A stretch of 64,000 nt of DNA, taken from the NCBI GenBank assembly GCA_964035545.1, contig OZ037769.1, positions 3,391,929 to 3,455,928 on the forward strand, given 5' to 3'. Positions 14,401 to 27,926 of the stretch are shown piece after piece. The notes below the pieces were generated by a model that worked only from the letters and a program-made list of their open reading frames with translations, was not told the origin of the DNA and made no database searches. The position numbers were made by a program, and so were the translations under genes. This stretch comes from Bugula neritina. Taxonomy: Eukaryota > Animalia > Bryozoa. Positions within the stretch are counted from its first letter, which is position 1. The number at the start of each line of letters is the position of its first letter.

Positions 14401-17400
14401 TAATGTATATATTATATTAATATTCATTATATATCAACAAAAGGTATATATTACTGTTCGTGCTAAGTGCTTGATTTGCATGAGTCATACTAAATTCTAT
14501 CACCTAGATGACTATAGCCTTGCACGGATAGCCATGTACGTTATGCTAAATGTTACACAAAAGTCGATGCTGAAAATAACATTACACACATTTTATTTGA
14601 TACGCCGTATAATCATACACGCATGTCCTATGAGTAACGTATTACATGATTATATTAGGTGCGTCTGAATGAGTATGGCCTATATTTTCGCAATAAAAGG
14701 AAATATGTTACTAACCAAAGCATACTCAGGCCAATAGATCAGTAACTTTAGGAGTTTCGAGCCTTTCGCAATCCTTGAATTCATGACCATGGTTAAAGGG
14801 CTCAGTCACAGAAGTAGTAATCTCCAGTTACATAATTATGAAATGTAAAACTTATAGTTCCTTATGACTCAGTTGAAATTATCCTATTAGTTTTCTGAGA
14901 TTCTAAAACGTTCTCCAAGTACAGAAATTGTATTGCATATATGTTTTGAAATGATGCTGCTAGCTAAAAGCAAAATCTTGTAATACTCTTTATAAAGTTT
15001 TGCTGAATATTGTCCTTGGCCTGATTGCCCATTCTAAACGGTTTATTAGAAAACCTGTTCCTTCATCTGTTTGTTTTACACCCACAGCTACTTGAATCTA
15101 AGACTACTTGGCATACAAAAGAGGCAATAATATTTGAATGAACAGTTAGCCAAAACATGCAAGCCAAAGTCAGTTATTAGCTTAAACTCATACTCTATAT
15201 TATATTATATTATATTATATTATATTATATTATATTATATTATATTATATTATATTATATTATATTATATTATATTATATTATATTATATTATATATTAT
15301 ATTATACTATATTATCAGCTGTCATGTATTCAATCCCTGAGCTATAAAGATAAATTAATTTTATATAGAATTGCAGGTTTGACAGTGTTTTAGCTTGTTG
15401 AAAATTGTTGCATGCTGTATAATGTACTTGAAGACTTAAAGTTCTGTCTTGAAGACTTTTTGGCTGATCAATCACGTGGTTCATTATTATTTTAGTTTGT
15501 GTTTCCGGCTGCTTGGACCGGCATCTGCGCTGCCGTTAGCCGACATCGAGGAGTGGTAAGTGACTTCTGTGTTTCATAGAAGAAACAAATCTTCTCCTTA
15601 CATAAATCTGTATTATATGGTTCAGTGTGCAGAGTTACAGCGGTACAGTTTACTGTCAAACTTGTGCAGTAAATATCAATTATGTTTTAGCAGCAATGTC
15701 ACAGTGTCTATGACGTCATAGTAATCATGATGTCATAGTTGCCATGATGTCATAGTAGCTATGATGATTGTCATAGGCGCTATGTCACAGTGTAGCTATA
15801 ATGTCACGGTATAACTATGATGTCATAATAAAATTATAGCTACAACTGTGATTTGGCTCACATCATATATGCCAGTACATGATGAGATGTAAAAGTTTCA
15901 ACAGTAGAAATTTACTGATGACATAACATAAACAAATTTACTAATTTATTCCCTCCTGGATCTCTTAGCTAACAAATATAATAAAGAATGGCCTTATTCT
16001 GTAGCTACCTATTAATAGGATGGCAATGAATATATGCAATGTTAAACAAACAGGTATATTTGTTTCAGTACATTGCGCTGGCGGTCATCACCTCGTTGGC
16101 TTTCTTGGGAGCTGTTGGAGGAATTGTGGCTATCTCCTGGCAGTTTGGTTTCTTTGGCTTGTTTAAAGATAGCGGGTAAGGATTGTTACTTTGTTAACCC
16201 CATTGTAAGTGTTGGTGACAATAGATAACACACTAGCACATTCATATAAAGTTGATCTTGATTATCCTTTTAGTACGCTACAATGCGCTATGTTACAGTA
16301 TATAAGCCTGATATTTATAGTATGTAGCATCACAATGTTATAATAGCTATATTATGTTATTTATACTGGCAAAGCATTGCTCCACAAGGAACTCAACAGT
16401 ACACAACCAACAGCTAGACAAACTGAAACGCTATGTTTGTTAACCGTGACCCTTTCCCGGCTTTTATAAACTTGAGTATGTTTATTCAAGCGATTCCTGT
16501 GAGTGTTGTGCAGGCTATGTACTTCTTTTTATTTTAAAGTATTATAATGGCGACACCAATTAGAAGCAAAGTTAATTGAGAGCTGCTCATAATGTCACCA
16601 CTCACCCTTTAAATGTCAAATCACCAACTTACCACCCCATTTGCTATACAAACCCGCCCTATTATCCAATGAATGGCTCAATGAATGGAAGTTTAGATTT
16701 GAATGATGAATTTTGTGTTTTATAATCTGGTTTGTTTTATTTAGGTCTATTAATGACGAGCTTGCCATAATCTTGATGGTTCTTCAATCGTTGGTAGTGG
16801 TGATTCTGATAATGCTTCTGTCGTTTGGAGTTGTTGCCATCATATATGAAAGTGTAAGTTTATATGAATACAGTTCTTAACAGAAAATTAACATAAATAA
16901 CATATAATTTAGTATTAATTTTATTTCAACTAGTAATATTGTTAATAATAAAAAAAAACAAACTAATACGTACTCAGAATACAGAAAAGGATCTTTGCCC
17001 AGCTGCGCTGTTTGTAAAAGTTTCACCTTTAGAATCTGTTATAGTGTAGAATAATTATGCAGCTGCTCAATGTATGCACAAAGTGATGTTCAATGATGCA
17101 ACTCTTTCAGCCGGATGGTCCAAAACACAGAAATAAGATGCTTTTGCCGAAGGAGGCACCAACTTTAGATAACTACCTAATGCCTGCAAGCTACCCCACT
17201 GCACCAAGAGCAATGTCTGTAACTGGAGCGTCTCCATACCGTCACCTAACAAGAGGATCACCAGAATGGGACAGGTAGGCTGTTTCTAACAATGCTTGAT
17301 TTCTTCTTCTGAAGCTGCACTTTACATACAAAATGATTTTTTTTTAATTAATCAGAACAAGTAGATAATTAATATTACAAATAAAAAAATTAAAACAATA

Positions 17401-17538
17401 ATATACTTCAAGAAATGATGTTGCAAAAACAAATATTTTTTCTGTAGGTTCTATGAGCAATTGTATGGAGAGTACAACCAAAAGGGAAGGGGCAGAAGCG
17501 CGCCCAGCAAGTATAGACATAACAGTTACAGATACTAA
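11494..17538 (+). CDS. Four-TM (tetraspan, CD20/MS4A-like topology) protein, paralog A; exons approx. 11494-11557, 12670-12797, 15496-15555, 16069-16175, 16745-16853, 17111-17274, 17448-17538
   Basis: MIDSRWRNIATVVTSVILMLFVMVKVVLALALNL...LITGVLILLDSI/FVFPAAWTGICAAVSRHRGV/YIALAVITSLAFLGAVGGIVAISW.../LAIILMVLQSLVVVILIMLLSFGVVAIIYES, then a Pro/Tyr-rich tail. Same intron phases as paralog B. Confidence 0.75.
11696..11768 (-). pseudogene. tRNA-like sequence (pseudo-tRNA or SINE head), antisense in intron 1 of paralog A
   Basis: GTCCCTG-TG-GTGTAATGTTCAGCAC-A-CCTGC-TTGCAAGA-GCCGG-AGGTC-TTGGG-TTCGAAT-CCCAG-TAGGGGC. A and B boxes are present, but the anticodon arm has a mismatch and an 8-nt loop. 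Confidence 0.6.
13234..13988. mobile_element. Non-autonomous DNA transposon (MITE) with CAC...GTG termini and 3-bp TSD
   Basis: Perfect TIR CACCGGCTTTCCATGTACCGATCTCAG. AAT is duplicated at 13231-13233 and 13989-13991. Subterminal AGATCGATCT palindromes occur at both ends. Confidence 0.9.
15196..15314. repeat. (TATAT)n microsatellite
   Basis: More than 20 tandem pentamers. Confidence 0.9.
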
Positions 17539-19573
17539 GCTAAAATAGCTACTTCAACTGCTCTTCATTCAATCGCTATAACAGCATTACAAACCATGAT
17601 AAGATTTCATAGAAAACATATAAAATAAGGTTATCTTTTATAATTTTCACAGCACTTTCTTGTGAATCATCATAGTCTAGACCTATAAGCCATATCACTT
17701 TTTCTCAACTTTTAGGCGACTTCTCTTTTTCTAATACATAATCTATATGCCAGTTTTTCTTTTTAATTGGCTAATTGTGACACATTATTTTTATATTCGT
17801 TGGTAGTGACACAGAATAGAGTTTCCAGAAGTAGTTTGCTAGTTAGATAATGCTATAAAGACAACATATATATTCTTATTATGCTACACATTCTTTTCAG
17901 TTGCTAACAGTTTGCGCTAATAAAATTATTTTGATGTTAAATATTTACAATGCATTCTCACACAGTTCAGCAAATTTAATCAGGTTTTTAATTGCTTAAT
18001 TATATTTATTAACTACCAGCTGTTTTATTTAATTGAATTAAAATAAAATATTCAAAAATATGACCTACAAGTTTTTTAGTGTTCTCTTACTGATTGTGCA
18101 GTAAAGTTGAAACACACAAGGGACTACAGATTGCCAAAGTTCTATACAGAAGTCTAAACTTGGCCAACTTTATAGCAGAGTGAAGCATTTAAACGGTGCA
18201 CAGCTTCTAAGCTGCCATATATTGTAGTTTAACAACATTATTTATTTGCTGACAATCAAAATGACTGACTACCTTTGTTCTAAATGTTTGGCACAAGCTG
18301 CTTCCACTAGTTGTTTCTAATGAATATTATATGCTACAAAACAATTATATGTAACCAGCAATCAAAATAAAATTTTGAAGCTATACCCAATAGCCCATGA
18401 CTTTCACAGTTTTACAGAAAAGCTATATAGTTATAAAATTCAATACTTTTTACGTCAATTTGATATGAGATATAATACCGTTTGTTTAGAATTCCTTAAT
18501 AGCACATTAGACCCCATGAGAGTCGGCCTAAATAAAGTAAAACAAACTGCATTAAAGTAGATTTGAATATATATGATATAAATATAATGATTTAGTATTT
18601 ATTTCTCTATCACAAATTGTATTATAGCAAGTAGTAAGAGTTGTTCACTTCACCATTTCTGCTAGCAGCTTCATATGATGACCAAGTTCAAGATGCAGAG
18701 ACTCTTTCAATGTCATTTAAGCTTGCATAGTCGAGGAATTTAGGAGCCTAAGCTCTTTAATTTTTTAAACAAATGTTGGTTTGGGGCATGAGTTAAAATT
18801 CTGGCCAGAACATAACTTCTTAATTGATGCATTTTTAGTTTATTACACAGGTTTTTCTTGACTCTTTCATTACTGCACTTACCTATTAAATTTGAAGTGC
18901 CAGAAATAAGTTATATGGTTTGTTTAGTTTTTGTTTTATAGATGCAGAAGTTGCAGAATCTGTGTGAAGCAGCAACACACACATGGGGTATACCATACTT
19001 CAATCAAAATATACTATTTGCAGTACATAATATTGAATAAGCCTGATCTCTTTTATGTGATGGTCACAAACACAAAAAGAAGTCTCTTCAGATTATAAGC
19101 TTTTGAAACTTAATAACTGTTCAACTGTTGAGTTTTGAGATCTCTATAATTAATTTTATTTGAACAGCAAGTTATTTTTCTCATTTGCACTTGAGATATC
19201 AAATATCAGATCCACTCTAGCTGCTTTATTTACAACTATGAATTGGGAAAGAAAGGCATGAATAATAAAAGCAGGTAAGAATGGACTATAATAAATGTAC
19301 AGTCATCTCACGTGTTTGTATTCTATGCAAATTTGCATTAACTATAATACTATAAGCAGCCTATTCATGCAGATCCTATATTGATTCAAGTATTGTGTGT
19401 CGAGAAAGAATTCTATTGTCAATAGTATTTCATACAAGGTAAAGAGGGCGTGCACAGCTTGGCGTGCTAGTTTGTCGATCGCAGGGCGTAGTCCTTCTAC
19501 TAGTACTACTTTAACCACGCAGCACAGCTTGCTCAATCATTCTAGTTCTTCCAACAATTGAGACAAACAGAAG

Positions 19574-22500
19574 ATGGCGATCGAAAGACGATGGATTAAC
19601 TGGGCATCCGCCATAACCGGAGCTATTCTCTTGGCGTTTGGTGAGCAGATCTGCTGAAAAACCTTCACATAGCTCTAAATATTTATATTTTCCTAGAAAA
19701 AAAATTAAAAACAGCAGGTCCTAAAATATAAGCTCATTTATATTGACAGAAAATCTACTGTTGAATGGTAAACAAAGTATAGATCTATAAAATACTTGTA
19801 TGGAATCTTAAAATACTATAAATTTTACACTTTTATAAAAAAGTTTGTAAGTTTTAGTTGTCAAGCATGTTCACTATAATTTCTGTTATTCAATTATTGT
19901 TCATACTATCTGCTTCTCAAGTTGATGTACCAAAAATAACTTACGGCTTTCTTATTTTTTTCTCATCTTATGTAATATTGTGATGAATTAACAACTTTTT
20001 GATTTGCAGCTTTGGCAGAGGCGGTTGTGGCCTTCTACTTAAACTTGACAACTTCGGTCCTTTTAAGTCAAGAGAAGGTGGCAATAAGTGGGTCTCTTTT
20101 GGTCAGCCTTGGTGTGGTAAGTAATGCATTTGTATCAGCATTGGTCAGTCTGGGTGTGGTAAGTAATGTATATGTGTCAGCATTGGTCAGTCTTGGTGTG
20201 GTAAGTAATGTATTTGTGTCAGCATTGGTCAGTTGGGTTTAGTAAGTAATAATTTTTTGTCAGCATTAATCAGTCTGCATGGGTGTGGTAAGTAATTTAT
20301 TTGTGTCAGCATTAATAGCTGCCGGAACAATTGGCATTCAACTAGCTTGAGTAGTCATATTCAAAAGCCACTATAGGCTATTATAGTAACTGTAATTTAC
20401 TCAGGTCATAAAAGGTTTGTATGAGGGCAAACTATGCTATAATGTAAGTTAAACATTTCTATATATAACTTAGAATGTAATAATTATTGTTAAAGTATAG
20501 AAACACATGCTTGCATCCCCATGAAACCTGTGTTACATTTTATTGAGCTATTATTAAGCTCTACTGTGTTTAAAGTGTTGATAAATTCTAGCTATAGTGT
20601 ATAATCATTTCAATTATATTAAGTAGAGTAATTATACAACGATCATATTCTATAGACTATATCAATTAAAATAATTACATGCAGAGTAGAATGTTATAGA
20701 GAGTAGAATCTTATATATAGTAATTCTATAGAATATTCAATCTAAAGAATAGAATGCTCATTACATTGTGAGAAGTGTGGAGCAGAGAAATTTATTTAAA
20801 AACGAAGCGTTTCATAAAAATACAAGAAAAAGGACCTTTTGATGTCTAAAAGACACTCTGACAAAATTCAAAGCTTGGACTGCCTATGAGCATGTTTTAG
20901 CCATTTAATCTACTTCTATAAAGTGTGCAAAACTACATAGAAATGTTATGGTTGAACAGGAAACATTTTTTGATGAAATACACTTTTTATAGCTTTAAAT
21001 TTACAAATTATTTGTCATTCCAGTGAAAGGGTAATTGCTCAGTTAAATGGGCAGTTCCCAGTTATAGTTTAAGTAATTTGCATCATGTTTAGAGTTTTAC
21101 GGAAACTATGAATATGTTGATATTAAAACATTCATTCTACTTAAAGCATGCTAAATTCCTTGACAATGAATACAACACATAATTTTGTAAGCATTGGTTA
21201 ACAATTGACCAGATAAAACTGTGTCAATGGAAATCTGCTGAGCTAACATGAACTGCTTACATCTCCATTCATTGATACGCAATTACAATTACACTGACTG
21301 TAATACAAGTATCGCTGGTTCATGCACAATGATGTTAGCAGAGTAACATGATTCAGAAACATTGTTATGGGTGTGGGCTTTGTGTGTTCACAATCATGTG
21401 TATTACTGGCGGCCTGTGGCAATAGCATCCCCTTTGTTCTCGTACAAATAAAAAATGTGAGTAGAGCATTGTACAAATTTTTGTCTAAGTATTTCACGAA
21501 TATATATAATAATATAGAATTACAATCTTTTCAGCTTATTTTCCCGACAGCATGGATTTCCTTTGCAGCGGCAATAAGTAGACATCGTGGTGTGGTAAGT
21601 TAATAGTTATTCTAGTCATACAATACAGAATGAGAGTGCTTAGGTTTTTAGTTTAATTGGAAATGATTATATAGCATTTATTTTATATAAATTTCAAGCA
21701 TTTGACTGAAACTTGCATTAAGATTTACTAGACATTAGGACTAGACATTTGTGTGTTATAAACCTTTTCAACATCAATGAACCTTCCTACAATCCTTAAA
21801 CCAATAGCACAGCATTATTATAAATAGCCACTTGAAATTAATATTTTCATATAATATATAAAATCCAATTCAGAACCAACGGCTTCATATGTTTAAATAA
21901 ATGATAAATAAGCTTGATGAAGTATGTATAGCATTAGTTAACAGCTCTGAATACTATACTATAGCCATAGTTGTCAACTATAAAGCTCTAGAATTGAATT
22001 CTATCAGAAATATTGTTTGAATTTCCAGTACATTGCCTACATGGTAATGATTTGCCTGAGTATCCTGGACTCCATAGGGATGGTTGTTTACCAGGCCTAC
22101 AGATTCTCCGTGATCGGAGGCTACACAGACTCTGAGTAAGTTGTCCAGAACATTCTAGAATGTGTTTTAGAAACATTAGTTTATAAGCTTTGAAAGTTCA
22201 CTATTATATGGTTTATCTTATACAGTCTATTGTTTGGCTTAACTAATGAAAGGATAACTCCAATATGCAATGTGAGCTTGAATTACTTTTTTGCTAAAAT
22301 TTGGAATTACTGGAGTTGAATTTTACTGATGACTCATACATTGCCTTTTATGGTATTTTTTGAAGTGTTAAAAGTTCTTACATTTATTATGCAGTCTTAT
22401 AATGAGCTGTTAAAAGTGACACCTTGCTTTATAACAGCAAGTTGTACACATTTTCAGATAATTTCTACAGCTTATTTGTGGTTTATAAACTTTCTAAGGT

Positions 22501-23117
22501 CATATACTACATACTGTTGAAACCATGACTATTGAAATTCACAATTTTCAATCCCTGAGGTTGTAATACTATCAGATAATAGGATACAGTTGAACATTGT
22601 TTCTATTTTGCCCGGTTGCAATGTTGTAGGCAAGGCGTGTCCATCACGATGACCATCTTGCAGAGCATCATCCTGTTGATACTACTCTTTGCACTAGCCT
22701 TTGCTGCCGCTGCTTTGTGCTACAGATCAGTAAGTAGCCCTTTAGTTGAATATGTCTAGTTTTACAGGCTGGCTATTCACCCTACCTGCATAACTAGAAT
22801 ATTTCAGCTTGACAAACTTAGCCTAAATATCCCAAAATTTTTCACCCTTTAAAAAGAAGCCGAATATTAGAGTGGCTCAAAAAATAAAAATAGTCACTCT
22901 CATAATAAATAAAAGACACACATTCCTATTTTTACAGCCTTCAAAGTATGGCTACGAAAGAAAGCCAAAGCCTATGGAGTATGGTGGCTATCCAACCGTA
23001 GCCCCACCCATGTACACAAGGGACTTTGGGGCTGGCTATGCTATGTCTCTACCCAGACCAAGTGGATATGAATATGGTCCTGAGTCTAGAGTCTACTATA
23101 AAGGAGGAAGATATTAG
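19574..23117 (+). CDS. Four-TM protein, paralog B; exons 19574-19640, 20010-20116, 21535-21594, 22029-22135, 22630-22729, 22938-23117
   Basis: MAIERRWINWASAITGAILLAFALAEAVVAFYLNL.../LIFPTAWISFAAAISRHRGV/YIAYMVMICLSILDSIGMVVYQAY.../QGVSITMTILQSIILLILLFALAFAAAALCYRS/PSKYGYERKPKPMEYGGYPTVAPPMY...YYKGGRY*. Confidence 0.8.
20098..20312 (+). repeat. 42-bp tandem repeat spanning an exon/intron boundary
   Basis: TTGGTCAG(T/C)CTTGGTGTG|GTAAGTAATG.ATTTGTGTCAGCA, about 5 copies; donors at 20117, 20159, 20201. Confidence 0.85.
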
Positions 23118-24093
23118 CCAGCAAACCTATTGTATTCTCAAGTCATTGGAGATGTGTAAAAGAACTGCACTTTTCATCTTATAAATTCTATCTTTTTGTA
23201 TGTCGGAAATAAGATCATGACCTCATATTTAAGGCCCAAGCTAAGTTTGTTTAAATATATTTTTAAATACATAAACTCTTCATTTAACCAACAGAAGATT
23301 TGCATACAGTTGAACTAATATTTTATTGAAAGTTATAAAAACAGAAACTTTGAATTTCTCTATACAATATCTTAGTTATAGTAACAGAAGCACCAAATTG
23401 ATTAAACCTATGATATATTATATATTAGTACTATAGCTAATAGTAATTATGATTATTTATACTACATTTCTTGTATTAATTTCTAAATTATTTCTGTCAA
23501 ATAACATTATATACACCCAATAAATTGATGCTAAAAAGTCAAGTAAGAGTCTCTTTCTCTAAAAAGTAGAGAATTCAATATATTATCTGAGAGATCATTG
23601 AGATGAGAGAAGTATTCAGGGTGAGTGTTTAGGGTAAGTAAATTGATTGTGAGAACAAACAACAATACTATTATAACAATAACTGATAACAATATTATGG
23701 AGGTTTTGAAAGATTTCCTGAGCAGAAACTAACAAACTTGTAAATAAACCATATGTACAGCTTTGACTATATACATGACTATAATACAATACAATATGTA
23801 CAGTCTTTGGTCACCCTAATGATATGTTACAATATAATATATACAACACAATGATATAATTAGGGCAGATATAATACAAATTACAATATTCAATACACGT
23901 TATACAGTACCAGAAACTTCTAAACTTTAATGTTTTTCTTCCAGTTATTATTTCTATAGTGTCTGGCATTTAGTTTCAACTATACACAATGTACAGTGTG
24001 CTATCCCTTCAAAACATACAACACAATACACTGTATATCCTATTGTTCTAAGGGCAGGGTTAGTCTAGAGCAGCTCCAGGATACTGTATGAAC

Positions 24094-27017
24094 TTAGTGT
24101 TGTCCCATGACTCTTGCGTAATAAGATTTAACCTGTGCCTTGGTCAACTCTATCACTTCTTGCAGTGTAAGCTGAAACATACATACTTTTAGTAAATATA
24201 TATTACAGAACAAATAATGGGTATATAGTACAGTAACCTAAGTGTATATACTTTGTACTCTACACTGTATGCAATATAGATTATAGAGTGCAGTGTATAA
24301 CATTTACTGTGGTACATAGCATCTACATATTATACTTTTGGCAGTAGAAACACTGCGAGTAAAAATGAGAAGACAACTTACACACTTGACGGATGCGTTC
24401 TGACGGATGTACACTTTGTGGTCGTCACACTCGTGTATCGGATGTAGTTTAGTCTTAGTACCAACCATCTGTGAGTCGAGGGGGTTGGAGGGCTCCCACG
24501 GGTGTACAACAATCTCAGCTACATAGTCCCCGTGTATATGGCCCTGCAACACGCATATTGAAGTTGCTTCCTCTTGAATTTAGCGACCAACTAAGCAGAT
24601 ATATCACACAACATATGAAGGTAGTAGAATAGTGAAGCTTTTACTCCCAACTTTAGCCAATCACATCACAAACATGAGCTAGTGGCTAGAAAAACAGTGT
24701 GCTAGATGGTAATAATAGTAAAGGAGAGCGGGGGCTGTAGCAGAACGTCCCTGAGATGCATAATATTATGAAGGAACTGAAACTAAACAAAACGAAGAAC
24801 TTTATGGTGATGCATATGGGGAGATTCTTCATTACAGATAATTCGATTGGGGAAAAGAGTGGTATTACAATGGTACAGTGAACACTAACTAAATTCATGA
24901 GAGTGGTATTACAATGGTACAATGGCTACTAACGTTATTGAAGGCAGCAACAGCATCTTTGTCACACCAACAATAGTTGTAAGTTCCAATAACATGACTT
25001 CTCTGTCTTTCACTTTCGGCATACTTCTCACTTTTCAATATTTACAGAATGAATGTCATTACAACAGCTATTTATAGACAACGCGGTATGTATTATAGAA
25101 TGCTATAGAGTGGCACGTAATATAGATGTGCCACACACACGTACAACTAAACACAGTAGAACATGGGCTACGTAACAGTAAACTACCTTGACAGGTAAAG
25201 ATTTTTCAACTCTTGGGGTGAAGGTTTTTCTTCCACAACTGGTACAAATTCCAACTTCCACCTGCGGATAAAAGCACAGTTCTCACTTTTAGTACATGAC
25301 AAAGGAATAATTTATCAGCAGATTAAAGTGACATATTCATGATTCAAGACAACAAGCAACATTTAAAATTAATAGCCTAATCACTTGGATATTACAGTTA
25401 TTGTTACTTATAATAAAAATATCACAATTAAACAAGATAATGACTTCCGTGACTAAATAAAGACAGAGAAAGGCAGACATAGTGAGTACCACCAGAATAG
25501 TGTTGGGAGAAACCTCTCACCTGTGTGGTGGTACTGGGGGTCGGGAGTTATTCATAGCATCCTGTATTGACACTCTCATGTGATCCATCTATAGGGTGAG
25601 TCAGGAAAACAGTATACATTATAATCTAGTATGAAGTAATAGTATGAAATAATAGTATGAAGTAATAGTATGTAGTAATAGTATGAAGTGTGTTGGAGTT
25701 ATCTTATCAACAATACTAATTGACTATTTCTTCAAAATAATATACAACAAGCGAAAGAAAAGCATATGTCAGTAGAGAAAAATATATGTTAGTATTGAGA
25801 GATATAATATGTTAATATTGAGAGATATATGTTAGTATAGAAGGATATATGTTAGTATAAAGAGTTATATGTTAGTATAGAAAGATATATGTTAGTATAG
25901 AGAGAATATGTTAGTATAGAAAGATATATGTTAGTATAGAGAGATATATGTTAGTATAGAGAGATATATGTTAGTATAAAGAGTTATATGTTAGTATAGA
26001 AAGATATATGTTAGTATAGAGAGATATATGTTAGTATAGAGAGATATATGTTAGTATAGAGAGATATATGTTAGTATAGAGAAATATATGTTAGTATAGA
26101 GAGATATATGTTAGTATAGAGAAATATAATGTTAAGATTACTGTAAGATTAACAAACCTGATACGGAGAGAAAGTTAAACCCTTGCACACTCCATCATCC
26201 GTAACACCGCAGTATATAACACCTCCAATTCCCGTGTTCAGAAACGCATTAATTGCTCTAAACAGAAAAAAATGTAAAAAGTTCTTAAAAACAAAACATT
26301 AACTTTATTATTTTTTGAGAAATAGAGCCAAGTTGAAAATCCTAAGTGAAAATTGACAGCAAGGGAAATGTTAATAAGAGGAAGCAGCACATTGCAAGAT
26401 TTTGCTGGACAAAAGTAAATAACCAAAGCAAAACTTAAGCTCACATGCACAACATAAGAAAGAATGACAACTCTCAAAAGACTCAATCAAATCCAACACA
26501 ACAAATTATACTAAGAAACAGATTAACTACAATTTGGATGAAAAACCTGTGGGCCGATAACATAAGGAGAACCTAATAAAGGTGACATACTTGGAGATGG
26601 GAGACCGAGAACCAAACTTGACGCAGGTTGGGGGTACGTCAGCCAACACTATGTTCCTGTGACCTTTGAACTCATGGCAAATATCTTCATCATAAGGTAG
26701 CGTTTGATTATAGAGATAAAATCTGCATATGGAAATAGGCTGAGCAAATAGTATGCTATTAGAATTACTGACCAGACAAAAAAATTCTGCCCTGAAAAAC
26801 ACTCTATTACCACAGCTGAAACTTCTTGTAAAATTTCAATTCTAGCTTTTGGTGGCATTTCTATCTACTATCAAAATAACTATACAAAAATAATCATGAA
26901 ATCATAACTTTAGTACTAGATAATTTTATCTTTATAACTTGAGGTAAAACCTTCTTCCTACCCCGTACTTGGCAGAAAATCTCAAAACACCGTATTTTAC
27001 TATCATTACCTGGACAT
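24094..27017 (-). CDS. Stand-alone Schlafen AlbA_2-domain protein (SLFNL1-like), about 8 coding exons (approx. 27010-27017, 26591-26722, 26158-26257, 25521-25588, 25187-25261, 24933-25023, 24382-24543, 24094-24171)
   Basis: MSRFYLYNQTLPYDEDICHEFKGH...AINAFLNTGIGGVIYCGVTDDGVCKG...RPPVP...WKLEFVPV...YCWCD...YVAEIVVHPW...HKVYIRQNASV. It shows the ExxxxEFK, AFLNxxGG, GVxDDG and YxR hallmarks of AlbA_2. The start exon and one acceptor are less certain. Confidence 0.8.
25768..26135. repeat. 20-bp minisatellite ATATATGTTAGTATAGAGAG, next to a splice donor
   Basis: About 18 tandem copies. Confidence 0.9.
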
Positions 27018-27926
27018 CTTGTGATCACTTGTTTCTAAATGAAGATCCCAGTTAAACTAAGAGAGTGCAACAGAATCGTCTATTACTAAAATATGACACA
27101 TGAAAATGTAAACTTAACAAACATGAATGTTATAACATCGTATTTAACAATATTTCATGTAGACTAGTGTACCTAATATATGCAAGTAATAACACAACTG
27201 ATAAGTCGTTTTATGAAAACACAACCAATGCATATACTAAAAACATAGTTTTAAATTAAGTATGCTCCACCGCAACACCTGTTATCAAATAAATGAGATT
27301 ATGGTGCAATTTGGAACAATATTCCAAATTTGAGTGAAAAGCATAAATTTTTGTAAGTACCAGCCAAATATCATTTAACTATTTCTATTAGTACTACACG
27401 TACATGTACAACAACAATATAGTTCAGATTCAAATTCTAAACTAAATAAACTGTTGACGGCACTATGAAATAATATAATAATTATATTAAGCATCAACCA
27501 GTGTTAGAATGAAAACCTTTACTAAGGGCAAGTATCATTATATCAGTCTAAGTCTACAGTTAGAAGTTTGAGTCATTTTGAGTTAATGACCTGATTTATT
27601 TTCTGTAAAGTTTGAGCTGGTACTGATATTTTGATAATGCTAGTATGAGTAAAATCAAAATATAAATAGTAAACTTCATATCAATATAAATATGGCTAAA
27701 GAATTGAAAAAATTTCGTTGCCGAGTGGCCAGCGCCAGGCTGACACTGACACTACAGCGACGCCGACAGTGAGACTCACACCCAGAGTCAGCGAGAGTGA
27801 GTGGAACTGACGGCTGTCATAGTGATAGTGTTGTAGATTCGCACAAATATACCATGTCCTTGTTTTATTTTAGAGTTATATTCCCTCGCACACGTTTCTT
27901 TTTTTGTTGTTGTTATTATTATTATA

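Noticed and set aside
26723-26858. MPPKARIEIL... ORF as N-terminus of the Schlafen-like gene
   Set aside because: It is in a different frame from the AlbA_2 exon, which has its own CAG acceptor at 26723.
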